From positions 167,807,787-167,871,786 of the forward strand of contig NC_068981.1 in NCBI RefSeq assembly GCF_001194135.2: a DNA stretch of 64,000 nucleotides. The letters run 5' to 3'. Origin of the DNA: Octopus bimaculoides. Lineage: Eukaryota. The notes under the pieces are model-generated. The model had not been told where the DNA came from. It did no database searches and saw nothing but the letters and a program-made list of their open reading frames with translations. Each line of letters begins with the position of its first letter. Within the stretch, counting starts at the first letter, position 1. Position numbers and translations under genes: made by a program. Below are positions 26,130-38,784 of this stretch, one piece after another.

Positions 26130-26638
26130 TTCTATCCACTGGGATGACTTCGTCACTAACGCCTAGGTTATAGAGGAGGCGAAGGTTACTACTGTGAAAG
26201 AAACTCTGTTGAAGACAGAGTTACTCTGGGCAAGACATGTCTCAAGGATGGAAGTTCATTGACACCACAAGATCACAATGTATGGCGAACTCTTCACTGA
26301 TCTCTGTGTTACACGTACACCAAGGACGAGTTACATGGATTCCCAAAAGAAATCCCACGGTACCTACCGTGCTCTGTTTTTGCTGCGAACCGTGAAATCT
26401 ACCATCTCACTGTCCTCCGGGAAGCAGCCTTCTTTGAACATTCGCAGAACCATCCTTGCTGACTAGAGACAAAGGAGGAAAATCAAGGACACCGCTGCTA
26501 AATCTGATCAGCCTACCTTCTCATGAAGCCTCTGCGGTCGTCCTTGTTTGTTTCGGGTTGAATTTGTCGGGCATCGGCGAACCTGGAACAGACTGGAACA
26601 TCCTCATGCATACACCTTCTTTTGCAAAGGCAAGCCAA
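26130..26638 (+). mobile_element. RTE-clade LINE 3' remnant (frameshifted, with stops)
   Basis: IHWDDFVTNA*VIEEAKVTTVKETLLKTELLWARHVSRME...KITMYGEL resembles the RTE/BovB post-RT motif QLRWAGHVxRMxDxRLPKxxxYGEL; ends GCAAAGGCAAGCCAAG. Confidence 0.8.
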
Positions 26639-27062
26639 GTAAAACATGTATGTGTGTGTATGAATGTGTGTGTGTGTGTGTGTGTGAGTGTGTGTGCATG
26701 CCCGTGTGTGCATATATATGTGTGTGTGTGTGTGTATATGTATATATTCATGTGTGCGTCTATATATTTGCATATATATACACGGACACATACATATGCT
26801 TGAATTAACAAGTACTAATTGAGAAAAGAAATCGTTACGAACATGACAAGCACTATCACTTATTTCGTTACTTCGTTACTTCCCTGTCTGAAAAACATGT
26901 GGCAGCACTAAATTTCCCTGACGTGCACACGATAGAAGATAAAAAAAAAATTGTCTGGATAATTGGAACCATGCTGCTTTTGGTAACGCTGCTACGCTTA
27001 ATGCCGTTGCCAATGCAGTGGCTTCTATTGCTGTTTGTTGCTGCAGATATTGTTATTCTGGG

Positions 27063-27102
<40 letters not shown>

Positions 27103-28078
27103 ATTGCTGTTCGATTAGCAATTATTTTAATCTCAGACTTTATTTCCCATGGAATCATTTTTAATAAATTCACTTTTAAAAAGAAATAGTNNNNNNNNNN
27201 NNNNNNNNNNNNNNNNNNNNNNNNNNNNNNNNNNNNNNNNNNNNNNNNNNNNNNNNNNNNNNNNNNNNNNNNNNNNNNNNNNNNNNNNNNNNNNNNNNNN
27301 NNNNNNNNNNNNNNNNNNNNNNNNNNNNNNNNNNNNNNNNNNNNNNNNNNNNNNNNNNNNNNNNNNNNNNNNNNNNNNNNNNNNNNNNNNNNNNNNNNNN
27401 NNNNNNNNNNNNNNNNNNNNNNNNNNNNNNNNNNNNNNNNNNNNNNNNNNNNNNNNNNNNNNNNNNNNNNNNNNNNNNNNNNNNNNNNNNNNNNNNNNNN
27501 NNNNNNNNNNNNNNNNNNNNNNNNNNNNNNNNNNNNNNNNNNNNNNNNNNNNNNNNNNNNNNNNNNNNNNNNNNNNNNNNNNNNNNNNNNNNNNNNNNNN
27601 NNNNNNNNNNNNNNNNNNNNNNNNNNNNNNNNNNNNNNNNNNNNNNNNNNNNNNNNNNNNNNNNNNNNNNNNNNNNNNNNNNNNNNNNNNNNNNNNNNNN
27701 NNNNNNNNNNNNNNNNNNNNNNNNNNNNNNNNNNNNNNNNNNNNNNNNNNNNNNNNNNNNNNNNNNNNNNNNNNNNNNNNNNNNNNNNNNNNNNNNNNNN
27801 NNNNNNNNNNNNNNNNNNNNNNNNNNNNNNNNNNNNNNNNNNNNNNNNNNNNNNNNNNNNNNNNNNNNNNNNNNNNNNNNNNNNNNNNNNNNNNNNNNNN
27901 NNNNNNNNNNNNNNNNNNNNNNNNNNNNNNNNNNNNNNNNNNNNNNNNNNNNNNNNNNNNNNNNNNNNNNNNNNNNNNNNNNNNNNNNNNNNNNNNNNNN
28001 NNNNNNNNNNNNNNNNNNNNNNNNNNNNNNNNNNNNNNNNNNNNNNNNNNNNNNNNNNNNNNNNNNNNNNNNNNNNNN

Positions 28079-28126
<48 letters not shown>

Positions 28127-28654
28127 ACACACACACATCACGCTCATGCACAGAAAAGCATACCCTTAAGAGGATAATTCTGAGAAGGCAGATAGATTGG
28201 TAAGTAGGTTGGTAGATAACGTATATCATGTTGAATCTCTACCGTAAGATCTATATCTATACAGCCATTTATTTTTGCACGAACCAGGTATTTGTGTGTA
28301 TTGTATATTTGTAGAAGTGTGCACAAGTGCGTTCCCTTCTGTTCGCGTGTGTGTGTGTGTGTCAGTGTTCGTGTTAGTGTACTCGTCCATGTGTCCATAC
28401 ATAACGGATTAATGCCTAGGTATACATGTACTTAGATAAGTATGCGAATGTACGGTCATTTTTTTTTAGCATATGTGTGTATACGTGAGTCTTTATGCAG
28501 TATATTGCGTTATTTTTTTTTAACCTCAAACCTATGTCTTCTCTAGTCTTTAGTACAAACAGACTTTCGCGTACATGTATATATTTCACATTGTATTGAT
28601 ATTTTCAGCTTATATATGTAAGCGTATATATATATTTATATATATGTATATATA

Positions 28655-28685
<31 letters not shown>

Positions 28686-28692
28686 CTATATC

Positions 28693-28725
<33 letters not shown>

Positions 28726-29121
28726 GTGTGTGTGTTTGAGTGCCAACGTATACGTAGGTGCTCCTACCATTTTAATGATCAACGAGCTGTATTTTAATAC
28801 ACTCGTCCCTCAATTAACAAGTGCGTCTGATCGATTAGGGTAAATTTTGCACCACTTGTGTACACATATATATATATACATAAACATTAACATATATACA
28901 TACTCACATATATACATATATGGTTACGTTTATGTGTGTGTATGTAAAGAAATAAGTAAAAAAGATTTAATTAAGATTCGTGTATTTACCTTGTTACATG
29001 ATTGGTCTAATTTCTAACTCTCAAAATGCAGCAATAATACCAGCAGCTGGATTGAAGTAATGAGAGCCATGACAACAGCACCAATAATAATCACTATATA
29101 ATAATAAATACTTGTAGTACA

Positions 29122-29169
<48 letters not shown>

Positions 29170-29848
29170 CACTGGGTAATATGCAAAAACCTGGACTTGC
29201 CCCATGATAAAAACTGGTGGGAACACAAACCACCCCCAGTACTTGAAAATGATCACATTGCACTCCTCTGGAACTTCACCATTCAAACTGACAGAAAGAT
29301 AGACGCAAATAGGCCAGACATCATACTGAAAGACTTCAGACAAAAATCATGCCTCCTCATTGATATGACTGTCCCAATTGATATAAACGTATCTGTCAAG
29401 ACCTACCANNNNNNNNNNNNNNNNNNNNNNNNNNNNNNNNNNNNNNNNNNNNNNNNNNNNNNNNNNNNNNNNNNNNNNNNNNNNNNNNNNNNNNNNNNNN
29501 NNNNNNNNNNNNNNNNNNNNNNNNNNNNNNNNNNNNNNNNNNNNNNNNNNNNNNNNNNNNNNNNNNNNNNNNNNNNNNNNNNNNNNNNNNNNNNNNNNNN
29601 NNNNNNNNNNNNNNNNNNNNNNNNNNNNNNNNNNNNNNNNNNNNNNNNNNNNNNNNNNNNNNNNNNNNNNNNNNNNNNNNNNNNNNNNNNNNNNNNNNNN
29701 NNNNNNNNNNNNNNNNNNNNNNNNNNNNNNNNNNNNNNNNNNNNNNNNNNNNNNNNNNNNNNNNNNNNNNNNNNNNNNNNNNNNNNNNNNNNNNNNNNNN
29801 NNNNNNNNNNNNNNNNNNNNNNNNNNNNNNNNNNAAGTCAAACATAAA
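29170..29848 (+). mobile_element. 5'-truncated RLE non-LTR retrotransposon (R4/Dong-like) inside a (TAA)n array; middle is an N gap
   Basis: WWEHKPPPVLENDHIALLWNFTIQTDRKIDANRPDIILKDFRQKSCLLIDMTVPID is a PD-(D/E)xK restriction-like endonuclease region; (AAT)n on both flanks. Confidence 0.85.
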
Positions 29849-29863
29849 ATAATAATAATAATA

Positions 29864-29907
<44 letters not shown>

Positions 29908-29932
29908 AATGATGATGATGATGATGATGATA

Positions 29933-29964
<32 letters not shown>

Positions 29965-30078
29965 AATGGTTTCAAATGTTGGCACGAGTCCGTCAATTTT
30001 GGGGAAAATAAAATTGATAACGATATTCAACAGCAGTTCCAGCAACAGTAACAACGACAACAATAACAGTAGTAGTAA

Positions 30079-30133
<55 letters not shown>
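29849..30133. repeat. Compound (AAT)n-(GAT)n ... (AGT)n microsatellite
   Basis: Direct reading; source of the poly-M and poly-S ORF. Confidence 0.95.
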
Positions 30134-30134
<1 letters not shown>

Positions 30135-30160
30135 AAAGTTATCTCCCATATGGATAATTA

Positions 30161-31030
30161 TACTGGTTTTTGGGCTAAATTTGATAGTTTGCGAAAAAAA
30201 AAAAAATATCTATTCAAAACTATAAGTATTTTTAAGAAATTAAAAATATGGACTAGATTATGGCCGGGAAATAATAGCTTACTCAAATTATCTGCCCTCA
30301 CTTTCCACCATGTCCTCGAGATAGCTCCGAAACCTGGCGGATGCGTCCCCCATTGTGTTCCTGGGAAGATCTTCGAACATCTTGATCTTGGCCACAAGTT
30401 CGGCCTTGATGCTGCAGGCAGAGTGTTTGGTTTCTCTCTCAACCGTGCTACACACGGGGAATCTGGGGAAGTAGGGGGTCAGAAATTCGGGCTGGTGAAG
30501 TTGTGGAAATTCTCTAACTACTTCTGACTCTTTCCGGAGGTATGGCAAGGAGTCAAATCCTGCCGCCACAGATATATGACCGTCCAGCAGCAACTCTCCA
30601 CAGCCAGAGATCGAACACAGCTTCCAACATTTTCATATAACCATCTGAATTGAGCCTAAGACCCTATTCAGAGATGTGGGGATGTACTCCTGCGTACGGA
30701 TGCAGTCAGAACGTCTGCTGTACCGCTTCCTGCTGGGCACGGCATCGTAGTCTTCATTGTGGCTGTTCACGTCATGTCTTATTGACTTTATCGTGTTCAC
30801 AGAGCGATGAACAACAGTCTTGATGTCAGCATTTTGTTAGCTAGCTCGAATCATTATGATACGGGTAACTCTTTTTCAATATTCAGATGGCTTCCAGTCA
30901 TCCATATCAGCTAACTCTTTCTCAACTATAATTTCAATCTTTATGCTCTCCAACGCCGTTCACTGTTCACCAATACATCAAGCTGTTCCCGAAAAAAAAG
31001 AGACATAAAATATCGCCCGAACACCTTGTA
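30161..31030 (-). mobile_element. Internally deleted, decayed Tc1/mariner transposon (maT/DD37D-like)
   Basis: N-terminus MDDWKPSEY*KR..IMIRAS*QNADIKTVVHRSVNTIKSIRH...SRRSDCIRT is joined to WRQDLTPCHTSGKSQK*LENFHNFTSPNF*PPTSPD and VERETKHSACSIKAELVAKIK..LPRNTMGDASARFRSYLEDMVESEGR; degenerate TIRs TACTGGTTTTTGGGCTAAATTT vs TACAAGGTGTTCGGGCGATATTT. Confidence 0.85.
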
Positions 31031-31399
31031 CATCGGAATACGTTCATAAGTACTTGAAGCTTAGGATTTATCCTATATATGTGTATGTGTATGTATGAGT
31101 TATGTGCGTATGTATATATGTATGTACTTAAGTTGAGGCACCGGAATTTAGTACAGTATTATCCATACAATTTCAAAATAAGGTGATTAGAATCAAAATA
31201 AGTAAAAAGTATATCCACAAGCTACTCTAGGTGGAAGAAAAGGCAGCATGTTCTATGTCTATCTCCTTAACTTCTTGGAGATTTTAGGCAAAATTATACT
31301 AACGTGTCCATCTGTTTTAATTTAATTAAATTCTATGTCTTTATGCAGCTGAGGATTGCTCTGCATTTAAATTGATGTAATGGTTGCATTGTTCAATTA

Positions 31400-31400
31400 A

Positions 31401-31450
<50 letters not shown>

Positions 31451-31512
31451 GGATGGATGGATGGATGGATGGATGGATGGATGGATGGATGGATGGATGG
31501 ATAGAGAGAGAG
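31400..31512. repeat. (GATA)n-(GATG)n compound tetranucleotide array
   Basis: Direct reading. Confidence 0.97.
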
Positions 31513-31614
31513 AGACTGACACAAACAGACTGACAGAGATAGAGATGGTTAAGTGTATTATACACACAGGCACACAAACACAAATACACATGTAATACAC
31601 TTAATATAGATAGT

Positions 31615-31668
<54 letters not shown>

Positions 31669-32244
31669 GTGAGAGAGAGAGAGAAGAAGAAGAAGAAGAA
31701 AAGAATAATAAAATGACGGGAATATATACGTAGAAAAACGAGAGAAATAGAGGAAAAGATGTTGGATAGACCGATTGGCAAGTTGTGCCATTAAGAGATA
31801 AAGAAGATATGGTGCGTACTCTATGAGCAGGTGACATGTTTCACGTGACCGATGTGAGTGAGCAGACAACACATAAGAAGGTCGTGACTGTTGAGAAAGA
31901 TGCAGAAATTATAGTTTATCTGGTGCTTATGCCTTTATGTCGTGTCTTATTTACAATTCATTCAGATGTTAGCAATGTCTGAAACAAATCTAAGAAATAC
32001 ATTGAAGAATAAAAAGGAGTAACTTGACGTATGATCAACAGAGGGATTTAGTATCTCCACATAATTGGTTTATGTGTATATGTCTGTAGTTATACTATTA
32101 TTGTTGTTTAGCTCTATGTTTTTCTTCATTGAGCGAGCCCAATATTAAGGGAACTCAAGTTATAACCATCATACCTTTTTTGTTTTTCAATATAATTAAA
32201 TTTTGAATAAACGCTATAAGCACGACTCAAAATAGAAAAATGCG

Positions 32245-32320
32245 CTTCGCCGACGGGAATCAAACCACGCATTTGTTATAACCTAGACTATCATTGGAAA
32301 CCATTATACCAAACCAACCA
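32245..32320 (-). pseudogene. Degenerate tRNA-like sequence
   Basis: GGTATAATGG (A-box-like) and GGTTTGATTCCC (B-box-like) at tRNA spacing; acceptor stem does not pair. Confidence 0.3.
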
Positions 32321-32383
32321 GGTATTATTCGTGCTGACACTAATTTGATTCCCTGCGGTGTATCAGAACGCTTTGGTGTAACG

Positions 32384-32397
32384 GTTGCCATAGTTAC
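32384..32397. promoter_or_regulatory. RFX X-box-like motif GTTGCCATAGTTAC, with ATTGG (CCAAT) at 32433-32437
   Basis: Close to the X-box consensus; lies in non-repetitive sequence. Confidence 0.45.
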
Positions 32398-32980
32398 CTG
32401 CTCTAAGACAGCGACTCAATTCAAGTTTCGTGATTGGTTCTGTGCACAATTTTTTTTTATATGATATCGTGCCTATGAATTACTTCATTTTATTTAAACT
32501 TTATATTTGTAAATATTAAACGTTTGCTTAACAACACAAACTTAATTACACATTATCAAATGTGTAATGTTTTTCAATGACGGAAAACGGTGAGTTGAAG
32601 GAGTTTGAGCTACTTTTTTTAATCCTTGTATATAATGTGACTAGGTACAGGTTCCAACGTTGACACGTGCTCGTATACATAGACGTATGCGTAGACACAG
32701 AAATAAATGCGTGTATGTATGTGTATACGCATGCATGTAAGAAAGAGAGAATCTACATGCATGTGCGTCTTCATGTCTGTCTGCATGTGTGTGTGTATGC
32801 ATGTGTGTGTATGTTTGAGTGAACAACGAGCCGTAATATGGCTGGCAAGAGACGTCTTTACGACTCCGATCCGATTCTCTGTCATAACCTGAGTATACAG
32901 TTTTTTATCCTTCCTTTTTTGGGGGTGGGGTTCTTCCTTGGAACGTACTGTATCCTTGGTACGGACTATCTTCAGCAATG

Positions 32981-33017
32981 TATTGTAATAACTAGCCATT
33001 GACTAGTTATTACAATA
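32981..33017. repeat. Perfect 15-bp inverted repeat with 7-nt loop
   Basis: TATTGTAATAACTAG-CCATTGA-CTAGTTATTACAATA. Confidence 0.95.
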
Positions 33018-33062
33018 AAGTGTTTCGTAGGCTAAAGGGGTTTCATTCATATGCCTAAAATG

Positions 33063-33093
<31 letters not shown>

Positions 33094-34010
33094 NNNNNNN
33101 NNNNNNNNNNNNNNNNNNNNNNNNNNNNNNNNNNNNNNNNNNNNNNNNNNNNNNNNNNNNNNNNNNNNNNNNNNNNNNNNNNNNNNNNNNNNNNNNNNNN
33201 NNNNNNNNNNNNNNNNNNNNNNNNNNNNNNNNNNNNNNNNNNNNNNNNNNNNNNNNNNNNNNNNNNNNNNNNNNNNNNNNNNNNNNNNNNNNNNNNNNNN
33301 NNNNNNNNNNNNNNNNNNNNNNNNNNNNNNNNNNNNNNNNNNNNNNNNNNNNNNNNNNNNNNNNNNNNNNNNNNNNNNNNNNNNNNNNNNNNNNNNNNNN
33401 NNNNNNNNNNNNNNNNNNNNNNNNNNNNNNNNNNNNNNNNNNNNNNNNNNNNNNNNNNNNNNNNNNNNNNNNNNNNNNNNNNNNNNNNNNNNNNNNNNNN
33501 NNNNNNNNNNNNNNNNNNNNNNNNNNNNNNNNNNNNNTATCGTTATAGGTATAAAAATACCATAAACAATTATAGAAAAAATGGAGGAGAAAAAGATGTT
33601 GAACCAAAATTAGATTTAATACAAAATAGGATTCAATACATACGCGCGTTTCAAAGGACACTACAAATATGTAAGAAAAAATTATAACCATAGTAATTAT
33701 AATTAAATTTATGGATTGTCATTTTCATCAGTGTGAAGAATTTTTGTAAGGACATCAAAAAATGTTTAATAAAATAAGGTAAATTAAAATAAGATACAAG
33801 GGAGAATACAAGTGGGATAATAGGGAAAAAATCGGATATTTGCAAGCAAGTTTTAAAAGGGGAAAAATAACAATAATAATAATAGTAAGAGAGATGAAAG
33901 GGAAAAAAAAACAGACAGACATCAATGTGTATGCACGTCTATATGTGCGGTAAACTATAACATAAAAATAAGAATGAAAAGCTAACGGGTATGTTTAAAA
34001 ATAAAAAAAT

Positions 34011-34208
34011 GGTAACAGGTCGAGACGGTGTATAATAAACAGGGCCACGTGCGTATAGTAGAATATAACGTAACAGGTGGACTAGTAGAAAAAACCATAG
34101 AGAGTTATACATATACATATTAATATTGAAAAACGAAAAAATATATGTATATATCTTCTACTATACACACGTGGCCCTGTTTATTATACTTTGTCTCGAT
34201 CTGTTATC
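34011..34208. repeat. 53-bp inverted repeat arms (47/53 match) around a 92-bp spacer
   Basis: 34011-34063 vs reverse complement of 34156-34208. Confidence 0.95.
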
Positions 34209-34221
34209 ATGACGTAGTGAG

Positions 34222-34490
34222 TTCGTTTCCAGGCCCGGGCTGTGTGTTGTGTTCTTGAGCAAGGCACTTTGCTCCAGTTCACTCATCTGTAGAAATGAAC
34301 TGCGACGTCACTGGTGCCAAGCTGTATTGGCCTTTGCTATCATCAGTGGCGTGGAGAGGGAAGTCTGGTATACATGGGCGACCGCTGGTCTTCCATAAAC
34401 AACCTTGCTTGGTTTTGTACCTCGGAGGGGAACTTTCTAGAAGCAATCCCATGGTTATTCAAGACCGAAGGGGGTCTAAAAAACCCCAAT
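34222..34490 (+). mobile_element. SINE family C-related copy with long body
   Basis: GTGAGTTCGTTTCCAGGCCCGGGCTGTGTGTTGTGTTCTTGAGCAAGGCACTTTGCTCCAGTTCACTCA. Confidence 0.75.
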
Positions 34491-35343
34491 TCTATGTGTA
34501 TGTAGATATCTATACCTATCTATATGTATATACGTGTATGTGTGTGTGTGTGTGTGTGTGCGTATATATATATATATATGTGTGTGTATGTATAAATATA
34601 TATATATGTGTGTGTATATGTGTTTATATATACAGCAACTGTGGACATATTCATAAGCTTCCAGGCCACTCCTTCATCAAGGTACTGCTGTTATATGTAG
34701 AATATCTAATGATTATAAGTAACATAATTGTTGCTTACCTAAGAAAATGTGAAGAAAACAAAAAGAATTAAAAGTGTGTTTAATAGAATGTGGGAAAAAC
34801 TAATTTTTGAAGAGACTTTACCATTAACAGTTTTGTGGAACAATTAAGTACTTTGTCGTGTTACCCAAGATTGGCTTATTATATTGGTTGTGTTGTTATT
34901 GCTGTTGGTCACAATATTTCGATTACATACGTGTTGATATAAATGCTAAAACCTTGCCTTGTCTTGCTTTTCTCTGCCTCGCCTTTACCTTGTCTTGTTT
35001 AGGTTCTGCCTGTCGAGATGTCTTGAGAAAAAATCTATAACCATTCCTACACATTTTGTAGTTTTTATGCAACTGTTTGCTCTTTCATTTTCTCAAGTGC
35101 ATAGACGCACACACATACACACGCACGCTCACAAATATGGTTACATACTTGATAGACAATAATAAATTCCTCTACATGCATGGATACATGTATGCAAACT
35201 TCCTTCCATACGTGCATAAAGAGATATACACACATACATGTATACATACATACCTTTATTTAGTCATAAATACATTTAACCCAGCTATTTGGTCATCAGT
35301 AAATCTAAAGTCGACAGGAATGTAGTAGTAGTAGTAGTAGTTA

Positions 35344-35408
<65 letters not shown>

Positions 35409-36151
35409 CATTACAGGTAATACAAATGCAAATAATATTAATTATAGTAACAATAGCAGAAAACAACTGAAACGTAATAATGGATCGATTTGACATGATT
35501 CCACTAAGTGCACCCAATAAGAATTAATGTTTAGAAAACTAACATTTTGTAGCTCAACTGCAGAACAAAACAGAAATCACACCCAAACATAGATCAGGGA
35601 GTACATTAGTCACAAAAAAGCAAGTTTATTTCAGTGTACTTGTGTATGGAGATTATGTATGTTTATATAGCTGTAGTCATACAAACAAACAGACAAACAA
35701 AAAAAAACACAAAATATGAGTGTATATATTTTTTTCTTGTTATTAATTGGTAGAATTTACTGAGTGACTCAAAGTTTGAGAGTTTCGTACATTGACAGTT
35801 ATGTTTGTTAAATGACCCTTGAGTTACTCCACAACTTCTGCCGATTAATAATCTTTTCTACTATATTCGTAAAGCCTGAAAATTTGGGAGCAGGGGTATA
35901 ATCGATCTCAACGACTCCCCAGTGCTCAACGGGTGCTTATTTCATGAGCAAACCACTTTTTCTCAGTTTTGCATTTTTTTTTCTTTTCTGTCTTTCTGAA
36001 GAAGGTCTAACATCCGAAAGGTCAAGACACTTTCCCTTCGTTTTAAGCATTAACTTAATACAATACAAAATTTGTTAGAACTTCTTCCCTTTTGTACTCG
36101 TTGCCTTTTTCACACGCACACATGTATGTATTTATGTATGTATGTATGTGC

Positions 36152-36190
<39 letters not shown>

Positions 36191-36763
36191 NNNNNNNNNN
36201 NNNNNNNNNNNNNNNNNNNNNNNNNNNNNNNNNNNNNNNNNNNNNNNNNNNNNNNNNNNNNNNNNNNNNNNNNNNNNNNNNNNNNNNNNNNNNNNNNNNN
36301 NNNNNNNNNNNNNNNNNNNNNNNNNNNNNNNNNNNNNNNNNNNNNNNNNNNNNNNNNNNNNNNNNNNNNNNNNNNNNNNNNNNNNNNNNNNNNNNNNNNN
36401 NNNNNNNNNNNNNNNNNNNNNNNNNNNNNNNNNNNNNNNNNNNNNNNNNNNNNNNNNNNNNNNNNNNNNNNNNNNNNNNNNNNNNNNNNNNNNNNNNNNN
36501 NNNNNNNNNNNNNNNNNNNNNNNNNNNNNNNNNNNNNNNNNNNNNNNNNNNNNNNNNNNNNNNNNNNNNNNNNNNNNNNNNNNNNNNNNNNNNNNNNNNN
36601 NNNNNNNNNNNNNNNNNNNNNNNNNNNNNNNNNNNNNNNNNNNNNNNNNNNNNNNNNNNNNNNNNNNNNNNNNNNNNNNNNNNNNNNNNNNNNNNNNNNN
36701 NNNNNNNNNNNNNNNNNNNNNNNNNNNNNNNNNNNNNNNNNNNNNNNNNNNNNNNNNNNNNNN

Positions 36764-36814
<51 letters not shown>

Positions 36815-37241
36815 GTGTATGTTTGTGCTTGTGTATTTTGCGAGTGCGCTTGTGTATATGTATGTGCATGCGTATTGGAGTTGTAATTGATTAGCAAACG
36901 CTTTGATATTATGTTTGTTGAAATTCAAAGACAACATAAAGGAGCCCACTTCTTTCTCTTCTTGCTATCGATGAACGCATCGTATCCGTATCCACTTCGT
37001 ATATTTCTTTACGAGTCAAAATTTTCGGATCTTTTCTGCAACCTGCTGAGACGTAATTCTACAACAGTGACCAGCAGGTCACTGAAAGAATTCCAATTTC
37101 AATGTAATCCTGTTCGTAAACGGCAGCTCACAGAAGTTAGACGAAAATATTGATACAATCTAGAAAATAAACAAAAGCAGATTATATTAGTAATTGTGTG
37201 TTTTGAAATGCTCCCAAAAATGGCTCATCATGATATAATCG

Positions 37242-37280
<39 letters not shown>

Positions 37281-37497
37281 GGTTCTTACGCTTAATTACA
37301 ACCTAATGGCGAGAACCATTTACAAAGACAGGATAAATCCGCCACTCCATCGCTAATATTCATTTTAACGGCGCTCGAAAGATAACAGATAGAATATTGA
37401 TCAAAACCAGGATTTGAACTAAAAATGTTAACTGTACTAAACTAACTATGGACACTCTACCGTTTCTACTACACCGCAGATGTTGAAAGACTTGTGA

Positions 37498-37535
<38 letters not shown>

Positions 37536-37670
37536 ATGTATATATGTATGTATGCATGCATACGTATGTATACANNNNNNNNNNNNNNNNNNNNNNNNNN
37601 NNNNNNNNNNNNNNNNNNNNNNNNNNNNNNNNNNNNNNNNNNNNNNNNNNNNNNNNNNNTATACACTCAC

Positions 37671-37816
37671 AAACGTTGATAAAGATTTAGGGGTGAATAT
37701 CTGAATTCAGCGAAAGAGACGTCAGTCAAGTGGAATTCTTTGAACTCATCCGTAATTACACTCATCCTCATTCGGCGAATAGTTAGATTTTTCTCCTTCG
37801 GCAATCTGGCCGACCT
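37671..37816 (-). CDS. Candidate exon RSARLPKEKNLTIRRMRMSVITDEFKEFHLTDVSFAEFRYSPLNLYQR (unidentified)
   Basis: 48 open codons ending in strong donor GTTT|GTGAGT; acceptor weak. Confidence 0.25.
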
Positions 37817-38553
37817 CTATATGTGGTTGCTTCATACAAATCATCACTTTGTATTCGTTCGCCCAAGAGCAAGGAAAAGTAATTGTAATCACTACATAAC
37901 AGTGTTCTGCAGCTAAATTATGTATATTCAATTATATTTTACACGAGGTGTGTTAGCATTAGCAATTTAATGAATGGCAGCGGTAAGAAGCTAACTAGAA
38001 ATACGCTGTGAGAAAAAAACATTAGTTAAAGTGTAATAGTATTTCCTATTCTTTCTGGTGAGCACGGGAAACAACTCCGTATATATTTACATCTCATTCT
38101 GAACTCATCAGGAAAACATAACTGTGTCTGAGTAAAAGCAAAAAAAAAAATCTTGTGATCAGAATAAATCCGAGGCCTATATGTAATTTTCTGTAGTACT
38201 TATTTATTTGCTTCAGTCATTAGACTGTGGCCATGCTGAGGCAGCCGTAAAATGAAAATAATGTCAGTCGTTGACTAACATTTATTTTTACCTTAATACA
38301 TATTTATATCGAGTTGAACGTTAACACTAGCTTAGCTATTGTTTTTCCAGTGGATAGTGTCTCTGCATTATTTATTTTGATATTGTTTGACATCCATTTC
38401 TAACCACGGAAAAGTCTTGTAATTAACCAGAAGATTACAGGCTATAGTAAAAAACACCGACGGAAGAGACATAGATTATTGAACAATATTTATAGAGAGT
38501 TAATGAATGTTTCACTACAGCATATCAGTATTTTTTCACTATCATTTAGCTTG

Positions 38554-38611
<58 letters not shown>

Positions 38612-38716
38612 NNNNNNNNNNNNNNNNNNNNNNNNNNNNNNNNNNNNNNNNNNNNNNNNNNNNNNNNNNNNNNNNNNNNNNNNNNNNNNNNNNNNNNNNN
38701 NNNNNNNNNNNNNNNN

Positions 38717-38784
<68 letters not shown>

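Noticed and set aside
30288-30593. 101-aa ORF as a host gene
   Set aside because: It is a frameshifted piece of the decayed maT-like transposase.
38040-38130. Third hammerhead candidate
   Set aside because: CTGATGA and GAAAC lie on opposite strands; the same-strand version has CTGGTGA and no stem II.
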